NCBI GenBank assembly: GCA_965240325.2
Contig: OZ251223.1
Coordinates: 2,604,001 to 2,668,000 of the forward strand
Origin: Rebecca billardiae RCC1528
Taxonomy: Eukaryota > Protista > Haptophyta
DNA: 64,000 nucleotides
Direction: 5' to 3'
The position numbers and the translations under genes were made by a program. This document shows, in pieces, positions 1-8,500 of this stretch. The number at the start of each line of letters is the position of its first letter. Position 1 is the stretch's first letter. The notes under the pieces are model-generated. The model did no database searches, was not told the DNA's origin, and saw only the letters and a list, made by a program, of their open reading frames with translations.

Positions 1-2525
1 CACCACCGAGCCCGCCCCCGAGCCCACCGCCCTCGCCGCCACCGTCGCCGCCGCCGAGTCCGCCGCCCTCACCGCCTCCGAGCCCGCCCCCCAGCCCACC
101 GCCGTCGCCACCGCCGAGCCCACCACCGTCGCCGCCCCCGAGCCCGCCCCCAAGCCCGCCACCCTCGCCGCCACCGTCACCACCACCAAGCCCGCCGCCG
201 TCGCCGCCGCCGTCGCCACCGCCAAGCCCACCACCGAGCCCGCCCCCGAGCCCACCGCCCTCGCCGCCACCGTCGCCGCCGCCGAGTCCGCCGCCCTCAC
301 CGCCTCCGAGCCCGCCCCCCAGCCCACCGCCGTCGCCACCGCCGATCCCACCACCGTCGCCGCCCCCGAGCCCGCCCCCAAGCCCGCCACCCTCGCCGCC
401 ACCGTCACCACCACCAAGCCCGCCGCCGTCGCCGCCGCCGTCGCCACCGCCAAGCCCACCACCGAGCCCGCCCCCGAGCCCACCGCCCTCGCCGCCACCG
501 TCGCCGCCGCCGAGTCCGCCGCCCTCACCGCCTCCGAGCCCGCCCCCCAGCCCACCGCCGTCGCCACCGCCGAGCCCACCACCGTCGCCGCCCCCGAGCC
601 CGCCCCCAAGCCCGCCACCCTCGCCGCCACCGTCACCACCACCAAGCCCGCCGCCGTCGCCACCGCCGTCGCCACCGCCAAGCCCACCACCGAGCCCACC
701 TCCGAGCCCACCGCCCTCGCCGCCACCGTCACCGCCGCCAAGCCCACCGCCGTCGCCACCGCCGAGCCCACCACCTTCACCGCCCCCGAGCCCGCCGCCA
801 AGCCCTCCGCCGTCACCGCCGCCAAGCCCGCCGCCGTCGCCACCGCCGAGCCCGCCACCGAGCCCGCCGCCATCACCGCCTCCATCGCCGCCGCCGAGCC
901 CACCGCCATCGCCGCCACCGAGCCCGCCCCCAAGCCCACCGCCAAGCCCGCCGCCCTTGCCGCCGCCGAGCCCGCCGCCGAGCCCACCGCCCAGCCCGCC
1001 GCCCAGCCCGCCGCCCTCACCGCCACCGAGCCCGCCGCCCAGCGCTCCCCCGTCACCGCCGCCGAGCCCTCCACCGAGCCCACCGCCCTCGCCTCCACCG
1101 TCGCCGCCGCCGAGCCCACCGCCTTCACCGCCTCCGAGCCCGCCGCCAAGCCCTCCGCCGTCGCCGCCTCCAAGTCCGCCACCGAGCCTGCCACCATCGC
1201 CACCGCCATCGCCGCCGCCGAGCCCGCCGCCCACCCCACCGCCCTCGCCGCCCCCGTTGCCGCCGCCGAGCTCACCGCCCTCACCGCCTCCGAGCCCGCC
1301 GCCAAGCCTGCCGCCGTCGCCGCCTCCAAGTCCGCCACCGAGCCCGCCACCATCGCCACCGCCATCGCCGCCGCCGAGCCCGCCGCCGAGCCCACCACCG
1401 TCGGCGCCGCCGAGCCCACCGCCAAGCCCGCCCCCTGTGCCGCCGCCATTGCCACCACCGAGCCCGCCGCCATCGCGAGCGCCAAGCCCGCCACCATCGC
1501 CGCCGCCGAGCCCGCCTCCGATGGCGCCACCGTCACCCCCACCAAGCCCACCGCCGTCGCCACCACCATCGCCGCCGCCACCGCCGCTGCCAAGCCCGCC
1601 GCCGTCACAGCCGCCGAGCCCGCCGCCGAGCGCGCCGCCACCCCCGCCGCCCTCCCCGCCCAGCGTGCCGCAGCCGCCGCCGCCTCCGCCGCCGAGCCCG
1701 CCGCGCGAGCCGCCGCCGAGCCCGCCGCCGAGCCCGCCGCCGCTGCTGCCGCCGCCGCCGCGCACGGAGCCGTTCCCGCCGCCGGCGCCACCAAGCCCGC
1801 CTCCCGCGCTGCCGCCCGCGCCGCCGCCCTCGCCGCCGCCGAGCCTACCACCGAGCCCGCCGCCGGGCCCGCCGCCCTCGCCGCCGCCAAGCCTACCTCC
1901 CGCACCGCCGCCAAGCCCGCCGCCGAGCTTGCCGCCGCTGCTGCCTCCGCCGCCGCGCACGGAGCCGTTCCCGCCGCCGGCGCCGCCAAGCTCGCCGCCG
2001 GCGCCGCCGCCATCGCCGCCACCGAGCCCGCCGCCGTCCCCACCGCCCGGTCCGCCGCCGGACGCGCCACCATCGCCACCGCCGGGCCCACCGCCAGTGC
2101 CACCACCATCGCCGCCGCCGTCACCTCCGCCGAGCCCGCCACCTCCGCCGCCGCCCAGCCCGCCGCCGAGCCTACCGCCACGGCCGCCGCCGCCGCCACG
2201 CACCGAGCCGTTCCCGCCGCCATCGCCGCCGCTCCCACCGCCGCTGCCGCCGCCCTCGCCGCCGCCGACCTCGCCACCGGCGCCTCCACCGGGCGCGCCG
2301 CCATTGCCGCCGCCGTCTCCGCCGCCCTCCTCGCCGACCCCGCCGCCGCCGAGCCCACCGCCGAGCCCGCCGCCACAGCCGCCGCCGTCGCCGCCGCCAC
2401 GGCCACCGCCAAGCCCGCCGCCGCTGCCGCCGCCGCCGCCGCGCACCGCGCCCTTCCCGCCGCCGAGCCCGCCGAGCGCGCCGCCGTCCGAGCCGCCGTC
2501 GGCGCCTCCCCCACCGCCGCCGCCG
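1..2525 (+). repeat. Coding (Ser-Pro3)n extensin-like repeat with 228-bp higher-order period in the first ~700 bp
   Basis: The marker gagtccgccgccctcaccgcctcc recurs at 56, 284 and 512. Confidence 0.9.
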
Positions 2526-5500
2526 CTCGTGCGCGCGCTCGTGCTCGCCGTCTCGCCCTCCTCCGTGCCCCTCGACGACGGCTCGGACAACGACTCTGCC
2601 GCCGCCGGCCGCCGGCTGGCAGCGGGCGGCGCGGCGCGGCGCGACGCTGCCAGCAGCGCACTCACGCTGAGCGGGCGCGGCTTCTTCGCGTCGGAGAGCG
2701 GCGCGGAAGGCGGCGCGTTCTGCACGCTGCACGCGGGCACGCCGACCGACGCGCAGATCGCGAGCGGCACCGCGCCGCCGCTCGCCACCCTCAACGCCAC
2801 CGTGCAGTCGGACGAGGCGGCGAGCTGCGCGCTGCCGCGCGCGCTCGCGCGCGCGGCGCGCGCGGGCGGCGTGGGCGCTGGGCAGTTCCGGCTGGCGCTG
2901 TGGCTGGACGGCGGCGGGCGCGCGGTGCCGTCGCTCTTCGGCCCGCCCGCGCTGCGCCTCTTCGACTTTGCGCAGGACGTCGCCGTCTCCGCCCTCGAGC
3001 CCGACGCCGGCCCCACGCGCGGCGGCACGGTGGTGACGCTCAGCGGCCGCGGCTTCGAGCTGGCGGCGGGCGGCGGCGGCTTCGGCGGCGGCGGCGCGGC
3101 GGCGGGCGGCGGCGGGCTGTGCTGCGTGCTGCCGGGCAGCGCGCACGGCGACGCGTGCGTCTCGAACGCCACGCTGCTCCGCCCGCTCAACGGCACGAGC
3201 CGCGCGCGCTGCGTGACGCCGCCCACGGCCGGCGGCGCGGCCGCTTACGCGCTCGAGCTCGGCCGGTGGGGAGATGCAATCTCGGCATCGGGAGATGCGA
3301 TCTCGGCGCGCACGGACTCGGCCGCGCGCTTCATGTACTACGACGACTCGGCGCTGCGCGTGCGCTCGGTCACGCCCTCGAGCGGCGCGGCGCGCGTCAC
3401 CACGCTCGTCGTCGTCGACGGCGCCGGGCCTCTGCTCGGCGGCGCGCGTGTGCGGCTCGCGTTTGGCGGAGCGCGCGCCGAGCCGCCGCTCGCGGCTGCG
3501 CCGGGCGCGGGCGTGGTGCTGCAGCGCGCGGCGCACGCCGTGCCGAGCGCCGACGGCTCGGGCACCGCGCGGCGCGCGCAGCTCTTCGTCTCGCTCAACG
3601 GGCAGCAGTGGAGCCCGCCCCAGCCGGACGGGCCGGGCGCCGTGTACTTCGAGTTTGACGAGGCGGCGCACGCGCCCGACCTCGAGAGCGCGCACTTCGA
3701 CGCGGCCAGCGGCGCGGCGCTGCTGCTGCGCTTCGATGCGCAGCCGACCGACCGCGCGGGGATGGGCGGCGCGCTCGGGCCGTGCGCCGCCGTGCTCGAC
3801 GACGAGACGCTCGAGGCGCTCACCGACGCCCCCACCGACGCCGACGCCGGCGCGTCCGCCACTGCCGATTCTGCCGCCGTTGGCTTGCAGCCGCAGTGCC
3901 ACTGGCGCGACGACTCGACCCTCGTCGTGCGACTGAGCGCGAGCACGCGCGCGGCGCCCGGGATGCGCGTGGGCGTGCGCGCGGGCGCGCTGCGCCCCGC
4001 CGCGTGCGCCGCGTCCGGCGGCTGCCCCGCCGAGCTCGCCAACGAGGCCGCCGCCGTCGTCGTCGACGCGGACGCGCCGTGCGGCGCCGCGCCGTGCCCG
4101 ACGCCCGTGGCGGTGCTGCGCGCGCCCGACACGATCTCGGCGTGCGCGAACGAGAGCCTGGCGCTCGACGGCGGCGCGTCGAGCACGGGCGGCGTGGGTC
4201 CCGCCACGTACGCGTGGGGGCTCGACGTCACCGCCTCCGGCGCGGGCGCGGCGCAGCTCGACGCGTCGCTGCGCGCGCTGCCGCCCACCGCCTCGGCCGT
4301 GCGCGTGGACGGGCTGCCGGCCGCGACGTCCGTCCGAGGCTTCGTGGTGGCGCTGCGGCTGACGTCGTTCCTCGGCGTGCAGTCGGAGCTGGCGTGGGCG
4401 GAGGTGCGCCGCGCGCGCGCGCCGGGCCCCGGGCTCCGCCTCGAGTCCGTGCCCACCGAGCCCGTCCGCCCGGACTCGGCGCTCGAGCTGGGCGCGCGCG
4501 TCGGGGCGCTCGCGCCGTGCTGGGGCGCGGACCGAGGTGGCCGCGTGAGCGTGCGCTGGCGCGTGCTGCGCGCGACGGCGCTCGACGCGGCGGCGCGCGC
4601 GGCGCCGGCCGCGCCACTGCCCGAGCTCGCGCCCTACGCGTCGGGCGCGCAGCTCCGCCTGCCCGCGCACGCGCTCCGCGCCGCGCACGAGTACGAGATC
4701 GAGGTGGTCGCCAGCATGGCCGCCGAGCCCGCGGCGGCGACGAGCGCTCGCGCGACCGTGCGCGTGCGGCGCGTGCCACCGCGCGCCGTGCTCGGCGCGT
4801 CGGCGCGGCGGTTCGGCGCGGGGGAGGCGGTGGTGGTCGACGCCTCGGCGAGCACCGACCCGAACGAGCCCGCCGGCGCCGCGCCCGCGCTCGACTTTGG
4901 CTGGAGCCTCGCGCTCGGCGCGGACGGCGGCGGCGGCGCGCTGCCGCTGCCGCCGTCCGCGAGCGCGTCCGCCGCCGGCGTGCTGACGATTCCGGCGGGC
5001 GCGCTGGGCGCGGGCGCGAGCTACGCGGTGCGCGTGCGCGTCACGCCGCGCGGCGCCGCGCACCCGGCGCCCGCCGACGAGGCGACGATGGCGCTCGAGA
5101 TCCTGCCGCCGCCGCCGGCCGCCGCCGGCGGCGGCGGCGCGCCGCCTTCGGTCGAGTTGGCGCCGCTGCCTCGCGGCGCGGCGGTCAACCCGACGTGGCG
5201 GCGGCCGTCGGAGCGGCTGGCGCTGCAGGCGCGCGGCGCGGACACGCGCGCGTACGCGTACGCGTGGCGCGCTTCCCTCGTCGGCGCGCGCGGCGCGCTC
5301 TCGCCCGCGCCGCTCAACCTGAGCGACACGGCGGCCACCACGACCACCGGAGACGCCGCGCCCGCGCTCGCGTTCAGAAGCGGCGCGCTCGCGCCCGGCG
5401 CCGAGTACGTGTTCGAGCTGCGCGTGACGGACGTGGGCGACGCGGCGCGCGGCGTGGGGCTCGCGTCGGTGCGCGTGCGCGTCAACCGCCCGCCGTTCGG

Positions 5501-8500
5501 CGGCTCCCTCGGCGTGCGCACCGCCGACGGCGCCTCGGCGGCGGGCGGCCGCGTGCCGCTCGGCGCGCCGCTCACGCTGAGCGCGCGCGGCTGGGCGGCG
5601 GAGGAGGCCGAAGCGCTGCCGCTGTCGTACGCCTTTGCGCACGCGGCCGCGGGCACGGAGGACGCGGGCGGCGGCGAGGGCACGCCGCTCGGCGCCGCCG
5701 CCGCGGGCGTGCCCGTGCTCCGCGACGTCGTCCTCCCCGCGGGCTCGCTGCGGCTGCTCGTCAGCGTGGCCGACGCGCGCGGCGCCGAGGCGCGCGCGGC
5801 CGCCGCTGTGGAGGTGGTGCCGCCGCCGCGCGAGGCGCTGGACGGCGTGGCGCTCGGCGCGCTGCTCGAGCGCGCGCGGGGGGCGGTGGAGCGGGCGGAC
5901 GCGTCGCGCGCGCTCGGGCTCGTCGCCGCCGTCGCCACGCTCGACGCCGCCGCCACGCCGCCCGCTGCCTCACTCCTCGCGATCGCGGCCGAGGCGGGCG
6001 CGCTCGGCGGCGCCGGGCGCGCGGCGCGCGCGCAGCACGCCGCCGCGCTCGAGGCGGTGACGGGCGCGGCGGGTGGGCGTCTGCTGGACGACGACGCGTC
6101 GGCGCAGGCGAGCGCGCTCGCACAGGCCGCCGAGCTCGCCGGCGCCGCGCTCGAGAGCGGCGACGGCGTCGACGACGCCACCGCCGCCGCCCTGATCGCC
6201 ATCGCCGACCGAGCGCTGCTCGCCAACGCGACGACGGCGGCGGCCGCGGTCGCGGCGGGCGGCGGTGACGGGGACGCGGCGCGTGCGGAGGCGGCGGCGC
6301 TTGGGCTCTCGGCGCTGCGGCTCGCGTCGTCGCTCACGCGCGCGCTGCTCGCCGGCGCCGTCGCCGGCGAGCCGCCCATCCGCCTCAGCGGCATCGCCGT
6401 CGGCGTGGCGGCGGCGCGCGTGGCCGCGGGCACGCTCGCGCCGAGCGCCGGTGCTGCGGCGCCGGGCGGCGCCGCGGCGTCGACGGCGGGCTGGGTCGAG
6501 CTGGGGACGTCCGGCGGCGTGCTCGTGCCCGCGTCGACGCTGCTGGCCCAGCAGCACGCGGGCGCGCTCGGCTCGGACGGCGCGGTCGACGTCGTTCTGA
6601 GCGCCATCTCGGTGCGCACACTCGAGCAGGCGTGGGCGCTGCGCGGCGGAGCCAATGCAAGCGGCGGCGGCGGCGGCGCGTCCGCCGCGTCCGCCGAGCT
6701 CGGTGTGGGCTGGGCCGAGGGTGCGGGCGGCGCGCCGTTCGTCACGGCGATCATGTCGGCGACGCTGTACGCCGCAGGCGCGCCCTCCGCCCTCGCCGTG
6801 CGCGCCCTGCCCGAGCCGGTCCTGCTGGCGCTGCCGCCGCTGCTGGCGCAGACGACGACGGGTGCGGCCGCGACGTCGGCGGCCGCGGGCGGCGCGGGCG
6901 ACGGCGATGGCGGTGGCGGCGCGCTCGTGAGGGCGTGCCGCTTCTGGGACGAGGGCGCGGCCGAGTGGTCCTCCCAGGGCTGCGCGGCCGTCGGCGCCCC
7001 CGCCGGCCGAGACCCATCCCTCCTCTACTGCGCGTGCGACCACCTGACCACATTCGCAGGGCTCGGGCTGCCGATGAGCGCCGCACAGGCGCGCGCGGAC
7101 GCGGAGGCGGTGCGCATCAACACCTTCTCCGGCGCGGACGCGATCCAGGTGCTCTCCGAGCCCGCGCAGGGGCACCGCGAGAACCCCACGATCTACCGGC
7201 TCGTGTACCTCCTCGCGGGCGCCAACGCCCTCGTCCTCGGCGCCGCGCTCCTCGCAGACCGGCGGGGCGCGTCGTCGTACGGCCGGTGGCACGCCTCCGA
7301 GCTCAAGACGAGCGGCATGGCCAGCGTGGCGGCCGGAGGCGGGGGCGCGAGTGGCGGGAGTGGTGGTGCTGGCTGCACCGAGCCGGCCGGCGGCGCCGCC
7401 GCCGCACCGCCCAGAGCCAGGCTGGGCAGCTGCGTGGCGCAGGCGTGCGGGTGCGGCCCGTGCGGCGGGTGCGGCCGCGGCAGCAGTTCTTCCTTCTCCC
7501 AGCGGCTCGGGCTGAGCGCCCGGCAGCCGACGAGCGAGGACGGCAGCTCGGCGTCCAGCTCGCCGCCGCTCGTTGCGGCGGAGCTGCGCAACGCGCCATC
7601 CACCGTCGAGCGCGTGCGCACACGCCGCCGCGAGCGCGAGACGGCGGAGGCGCAGCAAGCGTCGTGTCCGCCGAGCCGGAGCAGCGGCGACAGCGGCGGC
7701 GCTCAGCCGCCCACGCCGCTCGCGCTGCCGCCCGCCGCCGCGGCGCGCACGCCGCCCTCGCTGCCCTCGCCGCCGCCTCGCCCCGCGCCCGCCGTGCCCG
7801 CCGCGCCCGCCGCCGCGCCGCGCCGCCGCTCGGCGCTGCTGCCATCGATGCCCAAGCGCGCCACAGAGCTTGTCGCCAGCGCCGCTGCCAAGCGCGGCGG
7901 CGGCGGCGCCGCCGCCGCCGCCGCGCCGCGCGACTCTGTGTGGTCCGCCGCGGCGCAGAAGCCGCGGCTGCCGCCCGCGCCAGGCTCGGCGCGCGCGCGT
8001 GCGCTGCTGCTGGCGTACCGGCTGGCCGACGAGCACTCGCTCCTCGTGCTGCTCTTCGGCCCGGCGGCGCGCGGCGTGCGCAAGGCCGAGCTTGCGCAGA
8101 CGCTGTGCAACCTCGCGGCGGTGCAGCTGCTGCTCGAGTGTATGCTGTATGACGAAGCGGGCGGCAGCGGCGGCGGCGGCGGCGGGGCGCGCGTGCTCAC
8201 GATGGCGCTCTACGCGTGCGTCGCCGCGGCGGTCGCGCTGCCCGCCCTCGCCGCGTGCCGCGCGCTGTGGGCGTTTGGGCGCGCGGGCGGCGTCGACAAC
8301 AGCCCGGCCGCGCGCCTGTTCCGCGCGCTGAGCGCCACCCTCGAGGGACAGCGGCGCGCGGTGGCGGGCTCGCGCACCGCGCGGCTCTCCGCTATCGTCG
8401 AGTCGTCCATGCACCGGCCGCGCACGCGCGCGCACGCACCCGCCGTGCGCGCCGACGCCGAGCTCGCCGCCACCGACGACGACGACGACAACGAGCGTAG